A stretch of DNA of 64,000 nucleotides, taken from an uncultured Smithella sp. (lineage in GTDB: Bacteria > Desulfobacterota > Syntrophia > Syntrophales > Smithellaceae). Below are positions 18,230-27,889 of this stretch, one piece after another; positions within the stretch are counted from its first letter, which is position 1, and every line of letters begins with the position of its first letter. The DNA lies in contig CAYUDM010000001.1 of assembly GCA_964443625.1 (NCBI GenBank), positions 80,705 through 144,704 on the forward strand. Direction: 5' to 3'. Made by a program: the position numbers and the translations under genes. The notes below the pieces were generated by a model, which was given only the letters and a program-made list of their open reading frames with translations, had not been told where the DNA came from and made no database searches.

Positions 18230-19891
18230 ATGGAAAGCAGACCCTGGCAGAAAAACTACGATTATTGCGTTCCGACAGCGATTCGCTTTCCCCGTTTCCC
18301 CGTTCAGAATTTCCTGCATTTGTCCGCCTCTCAGTTTCCCTTTAAAGCAGCCACTGATTTTTACGGATCGGAAATGACCTTTACGCAACTGCGCACCCAG
18401 ATGCTCCGCCTGGCCAATGCACTTGGACAACTGGGCGTGAAAAAGGGCGACCGCATCGGTCTGGCGCTGCCCAATTGTCCTCAATATATCATTGCCTATA
18501 ACGCGATCCTTTCAGCGGGCGCTATCGTGGTTAATATGAATCCTCTCTACACCCACGATGAGCTCAAATTCATGCTGGACAACACCTCGGTCCGTCTGCT
18601 GGTAACTTTCGATGGCGCACTCCCCACGATGCGCCCGCTGTCACAGGAACTGGGCATCGCGCTGATCGTCACCCGTGTCACCGACTATATTACAGGCTTC
18701 GGCGTTTCCACGGCCAAAGACCTGGAACTTGATGAGGGCTGGCATCATTTCTCCGAACTGATTGAAGGTTGCACCAACACGCAAATCCCCCGTGTTGACT
18801 TCACCCCACAAGATGCCGCCCTCATACAATTTACAGGCGGAACCACCGGCATCCCCAAAGGCGCCCTGCTCACCCACGGCAATGTCGTGGCGGCAACCCT
18901 GCAATGCTCGATGTGGGGAAGTTCGATCACGCAGTTTACAGCCTATGAAAAACGTAACGTTTTAAGCATCATCCCGTATTTTCATATCTATGGAAACACC
19001 TGTGCCATGAACTGGGCGCTGGCCAATGCCGCTACCCAGGTGCTCATGCCGCGCTTTGAGCTGGATGAAGTCCTGGGAACCATTAAAAGGATCGACCAGA
19101 TCACCTATTTCCCCGCCGTGCCGACCATGATCACGGCCATCGTCAACTCTCCTAAAGCCCAGGAATTGAATCTGGACCAGCGGTTCCGTTTCTTCAACTC
19201 CGGCGGCGCCCCGATGCCCCAGGAACTGATTTTGAAAGTTAAAGACCTGGGCATTTTCTACGGCGAGGGGTGGGGCATGAGTGAAACGTCTTCCCTGGGT
19301 ATCTCCAACCCGATTCTGGCTTGCCGTACGGGGGCCATCGGTGTGCCGATTCTGGAAAACGATGTCCGCCTGGTGGGTATCGAAAACGGCACCGAAGACG
19401 TCAAACCGGGTGAGCCGGGTGAAATCCTGATTAAAGGCCCGTCGGTCATGCAGGGGTACTGGAACAATCCGCAAGAAACGGCCCTTCAGCTCAAAGACGG
19501 GTGGCTCTCCACCGGCGACATCGGTCAGTCCGATGAAGACGGCTATATTTACATTGTTGACCGCAAGAAGGATATGATCATTGCGGGCGGATTCAATATT
19601 TATCCCCGAGAAGTCGATGAAGTCCTCTACCAGCACCCGAAAATCGCCGAAGCCGTCACCGTCGGCGTTCCGCATGAATACCGTGGGGAAACGGTTAAAG
19701 CCTTTGTCGTCTTGCTGCCCGGCGAAAAAGCGACCGAACAAGAGATCATCGATTTTTGCCGGACCAAGCTGGCGCCCTACAAGGCGCCGAAACTCGTCGA
19801 GTTCCGCGACAGCATTCCGAAATCCGCCGTGGGAAAGATTTTACGAAAAATCCTGCGGGATGAAGAAATCGCAAAGCTGAAAAAGCCGTAG
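18230..19891 (+). CDS. Long/medium-chain fatty-acid--CoA ligase (FadD-like)
   Basis: 553 aa with FTGGTTGIPKGALLTHGN, GEGWGMSET and TGDIGQSDEDGYIYIVDRKKDMIIAGGFNIYP. Confidence 0.9.
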   Translation: MESRPWQKNYDYCVPTAIRFPRFPVQNFLHLSASQFPFKAATDFYGSEMTFTQLRTQMLRLANALGQLGVKKGDRIGLALPNCPQYIIAYNAILSAGAIVVNMNPLYTHDELKFMLDNTSVRLLVTFDGALPTMRPLSQELGIALIVTRVTDYITGFGVSTAKDLELDEGWHHFSELIEGCTNTQIPRVDFTPQDAALIQFTGGTTGIPKGALLTHGNVVAATLQCSMWGSSITQFTAYEKRNVLSIIPYFHIYGNTCAMNWALANAATQVLMPRFELDEVLGTIKRIDQITYFPAVPTMITAIVNSPKAQELNLDQRFRFFNSGGAPMPQELILKVKDLGIFYGEGWGMSETSSLGISNPILACRTGAIGVPILENDVRLVGIENGTEDVKPGEPGEILIKGPSVMQGYWNNPQETALQLKDGWLSTGDIGQSDEDGYIYIVDRKKDMIIAGGFNIYPREVDEVLYQHPKIAEAVTVGVPHEYRGETVKAFVVLLPGEKATEQEIIDFCRTKLAPYKAPKLVEFRDSIPKSAVGKILRKILRDEEIAKLKKP

Positions 19892-19956
19892 AGGGTAAAC
19901 CAAAAAGCAACCGGCCGCACAGGCCGTTTCAGATCCCCTTTTTTTCCTGCCGATGA

Positions 19957-20014
19957 GGAAGAGGGGAGCGGGAGAAAAGGCATCTCACCTCATGCTTTCC
20001 CGTCCCCTTCTTCC
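19957..20014 (+). terminator. Long imperfect hairpin downstream of the ligase gene (possible terminator)
   Basis: GGAAGAGGGGAGCGGGAGAAAAGG ... CTTTCCCGTCCCCTTCTTCC forms arms of about 20 nt with a few mismatches. T-rich sequence follows, but no contiguous U-tract is directly adjacent. Confidence 0.3.
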
Positions 20015-20091
20015 TCACCTTCCTCACCTTTTTTATTTTCACTTTTTGCGGTCCGCATGGTATTGACCTTTCTGGAAAGGAACACAGAATC

Positions 20092-20994
20092 ATGAGCAGT
20101 CCTCGTGTTTTCGGGCTCGGCCAGTGCAGTCTGGACTATATCGGCCGAATTCCCGTTTATCCGCCACCGGACATCAAGTGCGAATTTTCCGATCTGTCGA
20201 TTTCGGGTGGCGGTCCCGTCGCCACCGCGCTTGTGGCGCTTTCCAGATGGGGAATCACCTGCTACTTGGCCGGTGTCACAGGCGACGATGATTTCGGCAG
20301 GACCATCCTGTCTTCTCTGGCCGACGAAGGCATCAACACGAGCGGCGTGCTCATCCGCGAAGGCGGGCATTCTCAATTCGCCTTTATCGTCTGTGAGCCG
20401 GACGCCGCCAGACGGACGATTTTCTGGCAACGACCGGTCGGCCGTCCCGTGCAACCCGATGAGATCGACAAGGCTTTGCTTCTTTCCAGTTCGGCCGTGC
20501 ATACCGACGGCCTGTTTGCCGACGCTTCTTTGCACGCCTGCCGCCTGGCTAAAAAGGCGGGCATCCCCGTGATCGTGGATGCCGGAACGCTGCGCGACGG
20601 CATGCTGGAGCTTGCCCGCGAAAGCGACTGTTTCGTCGCATCCGAAACTTTTTCAGACGCGTTTTCCGAATCTCCCGAAGAGACCTGCCGCAAGCTTTCG
20701 GACATGGGGGTTCGCCTCACGGGGGTCACGCTGGGCGCGAAAGGATATGTCGCATCGGTTGACGGTCGGATGATTCGAAAAATCGCCTACCCGGCAAGGG
20801 TGATTGATACGACCGGCTGCGGTGATGTTTTTCACGCGGGCTTGACTTTCGGCCTGGTGCGGGACTGGCGTGCCGAAGAGTCGCTGGATCTGGGCGCCTG
20901 GGCGGCGGCGCGCGTCAGCGAACACATGGGCGGACGTCAGGGCATCCCCGAATTGGCCGAACTTCAAGAAAAGTTCTCCTTTGAACTTGTGTAG
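20092..20994 (+). CDS. PfkB-family carbohydrate/nucleoside kinase
   Basis: 300 aa with a ribokinase-like layout and the C-terminal signature DTTGCGDVFHAG (DTxGAGD). Confidence 0.85.
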   Translation: MSSPRVFGLGQCSLDYIGRIPVYPPPDIKCEFSDLSISGGGPVATALVALSRWGITCYLAGVTGDDDFGRTILSSLADEGINTSGVLIREGGHSQFAFIVCEPDAARRTIFWQRPVGRPVQPDEIDKALLLSSSAVHTDGLFADASLHACRLAKKAGIPVIVDAGTLRDGMLELARESDCFVASETFSDAFSESPEETCRKLSDMGVRLTGVTLGAKGYVASVDGRMIRKIAYPARVIDTTGCGDVFHAGLTFGLVRDWRAEESLDLGAWAAARVSEHMGGRQGIPELAELQEKFSFELV

Positions 20995-21121
20995 TATGCT
21001 ACCCACCGCAAAGCAGTTTTCGCACAGAAACCACTTCCGGAGTTTCGCGGCAAAACCGAATACCGGATTCTTTTCTCAATGTTTTCATTCTTCTATAAAT
21101 CTGAGGCAAGGCATCGACATT

Positions 21122-21137
21122 TGGCACAACCACTGCT
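21122..21137 (+). promoter_or_regulatory. Sigma-54 (-24/-12) promoter upstream of accC
   Basis: TGGCAC-AACCA-CTGCT has GG-N10-GC spacing and lies 46 nt upstream of ATG 21183. Confidence 0.55.
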
Positions 21138-21182
21138 TGAGCAGGCCGTGCAACTTGAATATTTTTAGGAGTATCGTCGAAT

Positions 21183-22565
21183 ATGGAAAGATTTAAAAAA
21201 ATTCTCATCGCCAACCGCGGCGAAATCGCGGTGCGCATCATCCGGACGTGCAAGGATATGGGCATCGGCTCGGTGGCGGTCTATTCTCAGGCGGACAAAG
21301 AGGCGCTGCATGTTCGTCTGGCGGACGAGACCTATGAGATCGGTCCGCCCGAAGCGCTGGAGAGCTATCTGAATTTTGACAAGATTATCGCCGTCGCAAA
21401 ACAAAGCGGCGCGGACGCGATTCATCCCGGCTATGGGTTTCTCGCGGAGAATCCGGATTTTGTCGAGCGGTGCGAAAAAGAAAATCTCATTTTTATCGGA
21501 CCGTCAAGCGAATGCATGTCGAAGGCCAAACCCAAGAACCGCGCCCGCCAACTGATGAAGATGATCAACATTCCGGTCACACCCGGATGCGACGACGCGA
21601 TCACCAACGGCACGGAGGAAGGCACGCGCCGTGCCAAGGAAATCGCGGCGGACATCGGCTATCCCGTCATCGTGAAACCATCGGGAGGCGGAGGCGGCAT
21701 CGGCATCATGATCGCGCGCGACGAAGAAGAACTCAAAAAAGCCATTGCCGGCGCGGAAACGCGCGGACGCAAGGCTTTCGGCATGTCGGCCTTTTACATT
21801 GAAAAGTTTCTTCACGGCATGAAGCATGTGGAATTCCAGGTGCTCGCCGACAGCCACGGCAACGTGGTGCATTTAGGTGAACGCGACTGCTCGGTGCAGC
21901 GGCGGTTTCAGAAGTTGGTTGAAGAAGCGCCCTGCCCTATCGTCAGCCCCTTCTGGCGGATGAAGATGGGCGCGGCGGCTATCGACGTGGCGCTTGCGCT
22001 CGACTACGTCGGCGCGCTGACCGTCGAGTTTTTTTATTTTCCCGAAGAAAGAAAATTCTATTTCAATGAAATCAACTCGCGACTGCAAGTGGAGCATTGC
22101 GTCACCGAAATGGTCACAGGCATCGACCTCATCCGCGAACAGATCCGCATTGCAGAAGGCGAAGAATTGAGTTTCAACCAGGATGACATCCGAATGCACG
22201 TCCACGCCCTTGAATGCCGCATCAATGCAGAAGACGCGCTCAGGAACTTCATCCCCTCGCCGGGGGTCATTTCAAAGCTGCGCCTGCCGCACGGGCCCGG
22301 CATCCGCATCGATGAAGGGATATATGAGGGGTACACGTTCCCGTATCATTACGACTCGCTGATGATGAAACTGATGAGTGTGGGAAAAAACCGCGCCGAT
22401 GCCATCGCGCGGATGAAGCGGGCGCTGGCGGAGTTGGAACTGGCCGGCCCCAAAACAACGATTCCCTTTCATCATGTCATTTTAAATGAAGACGAGTTTC
22501 TAAGTGGCGACTACACCACGGACCTGGCCGACCGCCCGGAAATCCGAAACAAACTCAAAGGCTGA
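21183..22565 (+). CDS. accC: Biotin carboxylase (acetyl-CoA carboxylase or pyruvate carboxylase subunit A type)
   Basis: 460 aa with KILIANRGEIAVRIIRTC, the glycine-rich loop GGGGIGIM, and EINSRLQVEHCVTE. No accB/BCCP gene is adjacent. Confidence 0.9.
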   Translation: MERFKKILIANRGEIAVRIIRTCKDMGIGSVAVYSQADKEALHVRLADETYEIGPPEALESYLNFDKIIAVAKQSGADAIHPGYGFLAENPDFVERCEKENLIFIGPSSECMSKAKPKNRARQLMKMINIPVTPGCDDAITNGTEEGTRRAKEIAADIGYPVIVKPSGGGGGIGIMIARDEEELKKAIAGAETRGRKAFGMSAFYIEKFLHGMKHVEFQVLADSHGNVVHLGERDCSVQRRFQKLVEEAPCPIVSPFWRMKMGAAAIDVALALDYVGALTVEFFYFPEERKFYFNEINSRLQVEHCVTEMVTGIDLIREQIRIAEGEELSFNQDDIRMHVHALECRINAEDALRNFIPSPGVISKLRLPHGPGIRIDEGIYEGYTFPYHYDSLMMKLMSVGKNRADAIARMKRALAELELAGPKTTIPFHHVILNEDEFLSGDYTTDLADRPEIRNKLKG

Positions 22566-22597
22566 GTATCAGCACGCATGACCGCCCCACAAGGCGG

Positions 22598-23557
22598 TTA
22601 TGCACCTATTCCTTCGAACAAAACGGTGGAAAGATAGCGTTCGCCCGTATCCGGCAGAATCACGACGATCGTCTTACCTGCAAATTCTGGTTTTTTGGCC
22701 AGCCTCACAGCGCCGGCGGCGGCCGCACCGCAGGAAATGCCGACGAGCATGCCTTCTTCTTTGGCGAGTCTCCGCGCAAATTCCACGGCCTCGGCACTAT
22801 CCACCTGCTCGACTTGATCAATAACCGATAAATCAAGCGTGTCGGGTATGAAGCCCGCGCCGATACCCTGAATCTTGTGCGGTGATGGCTTGAGTTCCTG
22901 GCCCGCAAGCTTCTGGCTTATCACGGGGCTTTCTTTGGGCTCCACCGCGACGGAAAGAATCTTTTTACCCATCGTCTTTTTGATGTAGCGCGACACACCG
23001 GAAATGGTTCCGCCCGTGCCGACACCCGCGACCAGCACATCCATTGCGCCCTCTGTGTCGTTCCAGATTTCCGGGCCGGTGGTCTTTTCGTGAATCGCGG
23101 GATTGGCCGGATTCTTGAACTGCTGCGGCAGAAAAATATTCTCGGGGTCGGACGCGGCGAGGCTCTCGGCTCTGGCAATCGCGCCTTTCATGCCTTCCGT
23201 GCCGGGCGTCAAAATCAGGTTCGCACCGAAGGCCGCAAGCACGCGTCGACGCTCGATGCTCATGGTCTCCGGCATGGTGAGCGTCAGCTTGTAGCCGCGC
23301 GCCGCCCCCACGTAGGCCAGCGCGATGCCGGTGTTGCCGCTGGTGGGCTCGATGATCTCCATGCCGGGTTTGAGCAGGCCCTTTTCTTCCGCATCCCAGA
23401 TCATGGCCGCGCCGATCCGGCATTTAACGGAATAGGCGGGGTTGCGCCCTTCCATTTTAGCCAGTACGGTTGCCTTTGCCCCATCGGTCACACGATTTAA
23501 TTTCACCAGCGGTGTATTGCCGATGGATAGAGAATTGTCTTCATAAATTTTTTTCAT
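22598..23557 (-). CDS. cysK: Cysteine synthase A (O-acetylserine sulfhydrylase)
   Basis: 319 aa. The PLP-lysine context is [11 protein letters not shown]. Also present are [10 protein letters not shown] and [10 protein letters not shown]. Confidence 0.9.
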   Translation of the reverse strand: MKKIYEDNSLSIGNTPLVKLNRVTDGAKATVLAKMEGRNPAYSVKCRIGAAMIWDAEEKGLLKPGMEIIEPTSGNTGIALAYVGAARGYKLTLTMPETMSIERRRVLAAFGANLILTPGTEGMKGAIARAESLAASDPENIFLPQQFKNPANPAIHEKTTGPEIWNDTEGAMDVLVAGVGTGGTISGVSRYIKKTMGKKILSVAVEPKESPVISQKLAGQELKPSPHKIQGIGAGFIPDTLDLSVIDQVEQVDSAEAVEFARRLAKEEGMLVGISCGAAAAGAVRLAKKPEFAGKTIVVILPDTGERYLSTVLFEGIGA

Positions 23558-23578
23558 GATTTCCCCCCCTCACCCTAA

Positions 23579-23601
23579 CCCTCTCCCGCAAGGGGAGAGG
23601 G
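23579..23601. other. Perfect 9-bp GC-rich hairpin between metY and cysK
   Basis: CCCTCTCCC-gcaag-GGGAGAGGG. There is no U-tract on the transcribed (minus) strand, so it is not a classical intrinsic terminator. Confidence 0.5.
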
Positions 23602-23611
23602 GATTAATAGA

Positions 23612-24904
23612 TCAAATCTTCCCCAGCGCCTGATCGATGTCTGCCAGGATGTCGTCTATGTGTTCGAGGCCGATGGACAGGCGGATGAAGTCCGGCGTGA
23701 CGCCGGTGGCCTGCTGTTCTTCGGACGTCAGCTGCGAATGTGTGGTTGATGCCGGATGAATCGCAAGGCTCTTGGCATCGCCGATATTGGCCAGATGCGA
23801 GATGAGCTCAAGCGAATTGATGAACTTCTTTCCCGCCTCGATGCCGCCTTCAATGCCGAACCCCATAATGGCGCCCGCGCCGCGCTTGAGATACTTGTCG
23901 GCTCCGGCTTTTTCCGGCGAGCACGAAAGCCCCGGATAATTAACCCACGCAACCTTGGGATGGCGGTTGAGATGCTCGGCCACAGCCAGCGCGTTTTGCG
24001 AATGGCGCTCCATCCGCAGATGCAGCGTTTCGAGGCCCTGCAAAAATAGAAACGCATTGAAAGGCGACATGGCCGGACCGAGATCGCGCAAGAGTACGAC
24101 GCGGGCTTTCGTGATGTAGGCGATATTGCCCATGGGCGCGAGTGCTTCGACAAAGTTGAGCCCGTGATAGGCCGGATCGGGGTCGGCAATGAGGGGGAAT
24201 TTGCCATTGGTCCAGTCAAACTTTCCCGAATCCACAATCAGGCCGCCAAGCGACGTGCCGTGTCCGCCGATAAACTTCGTCGCGGAATACACCAGAACAT
24301 CAACGCCGAAATCAAACGGCCGCAGAAGATACGGAGAGACGGTATTGTCCAGAACAAAAGGGATGCCGTGCTTGTGGGCGATGGCGGCAATGCCTGTCAG
24401 ATCCGCCACGTCCATCTTGGGGTTCCCGATGGATTCGGCGTACACGGCTTTGGTTTTCGGGCCGATGGCGGCATCGAGCGCGGCCAGGTCGTTGGACTTC
24501 ACGAATTTCACCTTGATACCCAGCCTAGGGAAAGTGTAGTGAAACAGTGTGTAGGTGCCACCGTAGAGATTGTCGGCCGAAACAATGTCATCACCCGCCT
24601 GCGCGATGTTCAAAAGCGCAAGTGTAATCGCGGACTGCCCGCTGGCCAGCGCCAGGGCGCCTGCGCCGCCGTCGAGGAGCGCGATGCGTTTTTCCAGCAC
24701 ATCGTTGGTCGGGTTCATCAGTCGCGTGTAGATATTTCCGAACTCGGTGAGCCCGAAGAGCGCCGCCGCGTGGTCGGTATCGCGAAATTGATACGATGTG
24801 GTTTGATAAATCGGCACGGCGCGCGAGCCAGTCGTCGGGTCCGGCTCCTGCCCTCCATGCAGCGCCAATGTTTCTATTTTTAAATGATTGTCAATTTTGC
24901 TCAT
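23612..24904 (-). CDS. metY: O-acetylhomoserine/O-acetylserine sulfhydrylase (PLP-dependent)
   Basis: Cys/Met-metabolism PLP family, with [16 protein letters not shown] containing the PLP lysine. I prefer the start at ATG 24904 (MSKIDNHL), preceded by GAGGGGAG. The track start at 24919 is a TTG. Confidence 0.9.
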   Translation of the reverse strand: MSKIDNHLKIETLALHGGQEPDPTTGSRAVPIYQTTSYQFRDTDHAAALFGLTEFGNIYTRLMNPTNDVLEKRIALLDGGAGALALASGQSAITLALLNIAQAGDDIVSADNLYGGTYTLFHYTFPRLGIKVKFVKSNDLAALDAAIGPKTKAVYAESIGNPKMDVADLTGIAAIAHKHGIPFVLDNTVSPYLLRPFDFGVDVLVYSATKFIGGHGTSLGGLIVDSGKFDWTNGKFPLIADPDPAYHGLNFVEALAPMGNIAYITKARVVLLRDLGPAMSPFNAFLFLQGLETLHLRMERHSQNALAVAEHLNRHPKVAWVNYPGLSCSPEKAGADKYLKRGAGAIMGFGIEGGIEAGKKFINSLELISHLANIGDAKSLAIHPASTTHSQLTSEEQQATGVTPDFIRLSIGLEHIDDILADIDQALGKI

Positions 24905-24945
24905 ATCATCTCCCCTCAATCAATCTAATCCTTATACCCTGACAC

Positions 24946-26031
24946 CTATCGCCTCACGCCCTCAATCACACCGCCCCCCAGTAGTTCATCGCCTGTATAG
25001 AAAACAAAAGCCTGACCCGGAGTGATCGCCTCCTGCGGCTCGGCAAAATCAACAACGAGCTTTTCGCCTTCCTTTCTTACCCGGCAGCGCGCCGCCTTTT
25101 TACGGTAGCGAATTTTTCCCTCCACTTCCTCAGGAATGGAATCGGCAAACAGATTGAGATCCCCTGCCACAAGCCGCGACGCAAGCAAGTCTTCTTTATG
25201 CCCGACGACGACACGATGATTCCGGGCGTCGAGTTCCAGAACATAGAGCGGCCGTTTTGCGCTCACGCCCAGGCCGCCGCGCTGGCCTATCGTGTAATGG
25301 ATAACTCCGCGATGCCGCCCCAACACATTTCCCATCGAATCGACAATCTCGCCCGGCTCCGGGCACACGCCGCGCATTTCAAAAACCCGGCCGTAGTCGC
25401 CATCCGGCACAAAACAGATGTCCTGGCTTTCCGGCCGGCGCGCTATGTGCAGACCGGCTTCATTCGCCTTCCGGCGCACCTCGTCTTTGGTCAAGGCGCC
25501 CAGGGGAAACAAAATATTTTTAAGATCACCGCGGCGGATCCCATAGAGGAAGTAGCTCTGATCCTTGCTCTCGTCCACCGCCCGCAAGAGCCGCCAGAAT
25601 TCGTCCTTTCGTTCAATCCGGGCAAAATGTCCGGTTGCCAAAGAATCAAATCCCAGATCCCGTGTTTTTTTCATCAGGGCACCGAATTTCAAATGCCGGT
25701 TACAGTCGATGCAGGGATTGGGTGTTCTTCCTCTTCTGTATTCGCGGATGAATGCACCGATCACCTTCTCTTCCATCAAGTCGGCATAGAAAAACGTCAT
25801 ATGTCCGATGCGCAGATCACCGCAAACGCGCTTCGCATCGTCAATCGCCTCATCGGTAAAGCGCCCAGGACTGCCTGCCTCCCGATGCACCCCCAAAGAC
25901 ATAGTCGCGCCGGTCACATCATAGCCCGCTTCCAGAAGCAAAAGCGCCGCGACGGATGAATCCACGCCGCCGCTCATCGCGACCAGAACTTTTTTAGTCC
26001 GTGAATGATCACTTAACATCTTACGCCTCAA
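24946..26031 (-). CDS. mnmA: tRNA 2-thiouridine(34) synthase
   Basis: 361 aa with the PP-loop VLVAMSGGVDSSVAA and MnmA-like sequence over its whole length (TPNPCIDCN, GHFARI). The true start may be the internal M5 at 26019. Confidence 0.9.
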   Translation of the reverse strand: MRRKMLSDHSRTKKVLVAMSGGVDSSVAALLLLEAGYDVTGATMSLGVHREAGSPGRFTDEAIDDAKRVCGDLRIGHMTFFYADLMEEKVIGAFIREYRRGRTPNPCIDCNRHLKFGALMKKTRDLGFDSLATGHFARIERKDEFWRLLRAVDESKDQSYFLYGIRRGDLKNILFPLGALTKDEVRRKANEAGLHIARRPESQDICFVPDGDYGRVFEMRGVCPEPGEIVDSMGNVLGRHRGVIHYTIGQRGGLGVSAKRPLYVLELDARNHRVVVGHKEDLLASRLVAGDLNLFADSIPEEVEGKIRYRKKAARCRVRKEGEKLVVDFAEPQEAITPGQAFVFYTGDELLGGGVIEGVRR

Positions 26032-26451
26032 ATATTACTCATCAGAGAATTTTTCATTTTGCCGCGCCGCTTTCGAACCAGATCGGCAAGCGTGACACAG
26101 CTCAAAGTCTCGGCGATTTTTTGCCCCAACGCACCCCATAACGTGTCCGAGTGGACAATTTCATAACTCAAAAACCCTGATAAACCAGTATTACTATCTT
26201 TTTGGTAGTGTTTAATGCAACCTAAATGAGATGTCAAGAAAATATTCCACAGCTTGAAAATATTGCCAAGATTTGAAATCTGAAGCGTTGGCCGCGTTTT
26301 TCCTTTTCTTTTTCCTCATTATCCTTGACCATTTACCCTTTTACGTGTACGGGTACATCAAATGATCCGAAAAAACATGGGCTGTTGAACTTCAAGCGAC
26401 CCGTCGCTTTTCGGGGCATATAATCCACCCCAGAAACAAAGGAGACATCCC

Positions 26452-26793
26452 ATGAGCGAGCCCAAAATTACCAATATTGAAATCAACATCGATAACCTCT
26501 ACAAAGAGGAAAGTTTTTCAGATCTGACTTTTGTGACAATCCGACGGCTCACGCCTGTTAAGACAGACGGCTCGGTCGATGAAAGCCGGGAAACTAAATA
26601 CACCGGTATGGCGCAACTTATGTCGCCCAACGGTCCGATTCCGGTCCACTGTATGATTGAAGGTGCAAAAAGCCTGGATGACGCCATCGCCAAGTTGCCC
26701 GATGAAATTGAAAAAGCCGTGAAAGCTATGATCGCCGAAGCTCAGGAAATGGAAAAACAGGATAAATCACGGATCGTTATGCCCGGCCAATAA
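26452..26793 (+). CDS. Hypothetical cytoplasmic protein (113 aa)
   Basis: A strong RBS (AAAGGAGA) sits 7 nt upstream of the ATG, and an intrinsic terminator follows the gene. I recognise no family. Confidence 0.6.
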   Translation: MSEPKITNIEINIDNLYKEESFSDLTFVTIRRLTPVKTDGSVDESRETKYTGMAQLMSPNGPIPVHCMIEGAKSLDDAIAKLPDEIEKAVKAMIAEAQEMEKQDKSRIVMPGQ

Positions 26794-26823
26794 GCCTAAT
26801 AAGCTTCACTTTTATGAATAAAA

Positions 26824-26852
26824 GGCGGAAACCTTAAATTTCCGTCTTTTTT
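26824..26852 (+). terminator. Rho-independent terminator
   Basis: GGCGGAAA-ccttaaa-TTTCCGTC (one G-U pair) followed by TTTTTT. Confidence 0.7.
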
Positions 26853-27089
26853 ATCTCGAGCGACGAAACCAATCTCCTTTTCTGATCTTCTCGCATCGGA
26901 CAGGCTCTCTTCAAAAAAGACACCAAATCGTCAAGTTTCGCCCGTCAAGGCTTTTACGGCGCCTAGTTTTCCAAAGTGTAAAAATATCCGACACATTGTG
27001 TAATGTTTGAAAGAGCGTTCGGGCTACGATTCCAAACAAAAACAGCTCACAGTGGCTAAATTCAAAGAAGCCCTTTTCGGATGACGGGC

Positions 27090-27118
27090 TTGACATTTCC
27101 GGTTTGAGAGCCTACATT
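27090..27118 (+). promoter_or_regulatory. Sigma-70-type promoter for the zinc-ribbon gene
   Basis: TTGACA (27090-27095), a 17-nt spacer, then TACATT (27113-27118). Confidence 0.5.
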
Positions 27119-27144
27119 GTCAGAAAAACAAGGAAATTTTGTTT

Positions 27145-27393
27145 ATGCCCATCTATGAGTTTACATGCGATAAATGCAAGAAAGATTTCGAAGTCATCAC
27201 GCTGAGCTTAAGCGAAAAGCCCAATGCCATTTGTCCCAAATGTAAATCTAAAAAGACGAAAAAAATCATCTCCAAAGTATCCAAAGGCAAGTACGCATCC
27301 CTTGGCGCAGGCGGATCGTCAAGCGCCGGCGCTTCTGCCGCTTCAGGTTGCGCATCCTGTTCATCGAGCAACTGTTCCTCCTGCGGGCACTGA
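27145..27393 (+). CDS. FmdB-family zinc-ribbon protein (CxxC_CxxC_SSSS type)
   Basis: MPIYEFTCDKCKKDFEV...CPKCKS has two CxxC pairs. The tail is Ser/Ala/Cys-rich (GAGGSSSAGASAASGCASCSSSNCSSCGH). ATG 27145 is preceded by AAGGAAA; the track start at 27139 is a TTG. Confidence 0.85.
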   Translation: MPIYEFTCDKCKKDFEVITLSLSEKPNAICPKCKSKKTKKIISKVSKGKYASLGAGGSSSAGASAASGCASCSSSNCSSCGH

Positions 27394-27405
27394 GTTTTTC
27401 GACTC

Positions 27406-27423
27406 CGGGGGCCATTGCCCCCG
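27406..27423 (+). terminator. Short GC hairpin after the zinc-ribbon gene
   Basis: CGGGGGC-catt-GCCCCCG is a perfect 7-bp stem, but only a weak T-tract (TTCATT) follows. Confidence 0.35.
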
Positions 27424-27617
27424 TTCATTGAACCTTTAGCCGACGCATCCACAATCTCCGGCAATGCCTGGTCAAACGTTTTGTTGCCGCGCCGCTTTTG
27501 ATCCGACTTGTTCTTCCTTCAATCGGCGTCTTTGCTTTCTCCGGACACGCGCTTTTTTAGGCTCTTGTTCCGGATGGACGTTTTTTCAACCCTTTAACAC
27601 CTGAAAGGAGGAAGGTT

Positions 27618-27827
27618 ATGAACAACATCTATAAGGTCATCGAAATTATCGGCGGCAGTGAAGTTTCCTGGGAAGAAGCGGCAAAAAAAGCCGTGGAGAC
27701 AGCCACTAAAAGCCTTAAGGAAATTCGCGTGGCCGAAGTCAAGGAACTCGACATGCGGGTCGAGGATGGAAAGGTTGCAGAGTATCGGGTGAAACTCCGT
27801 GTGTCGTTTAAATATCTGCCGGAATAA
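27618..27827 (+). CDS. Dodecin-family flavin-binding protein
   Basis: 69 aa. YKVIEIIGGSEVSWEEAAKKAVETA...EVKELDMRVEDGKV..YRVKLRVSF is the typical dodecin sequence pattern. The RBS is AAAGGAGGAAGG. Confidence 0.85.
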   Translation: MNNIYKVIEIIGGSEVSWEEAAKKAVETATKSLKEIRVAEVKELDMRVEDGKVAEYRVKLRVSFKYLPE

Positions 27828-27851
27828 AATTCAACCCCTGCTCCTGACGGA

Positions 27852-27889
27852 AATGCCGGCGACATCACAGGGATGTTGCCGGCATTTTT
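27852..27889 (+). terminator. Rho-independent terminator after the dodecin gene
   Basis: AATGCCGGC ... GCCGGCATT forms a 9-bp outer stem plus inner pairs, followed by TTTT. It sits between convergent genes. Confidence 0.7.

Noticed and set aside
19990-20535. 181-aa minus-strand ORF overlapping the PfkB kinase start region
   Set aside because: It is antisense to the PfkB gene and has no motifs. Its 5' part covers the purine-rich imperfect hairpin region. It is most likely spurious.
22581-22598. ACCGCC-ccacaa-GGCGGT hairpin between convergent accC and cysK, considered as a terminator
   Set aside because: The stem is only 6 bp, there is no U-tract on either strand, and it touches the cysK stop codon. 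This is too weak to call.
26028-26237. 69-aa minus-strand ORF immediately upstream of, and overlapping, the mnmA start
   Set aside because: It has no convincing RBS and no recognisable family. It could be a real small upstream gene, but I cannot support that from sequence alone.
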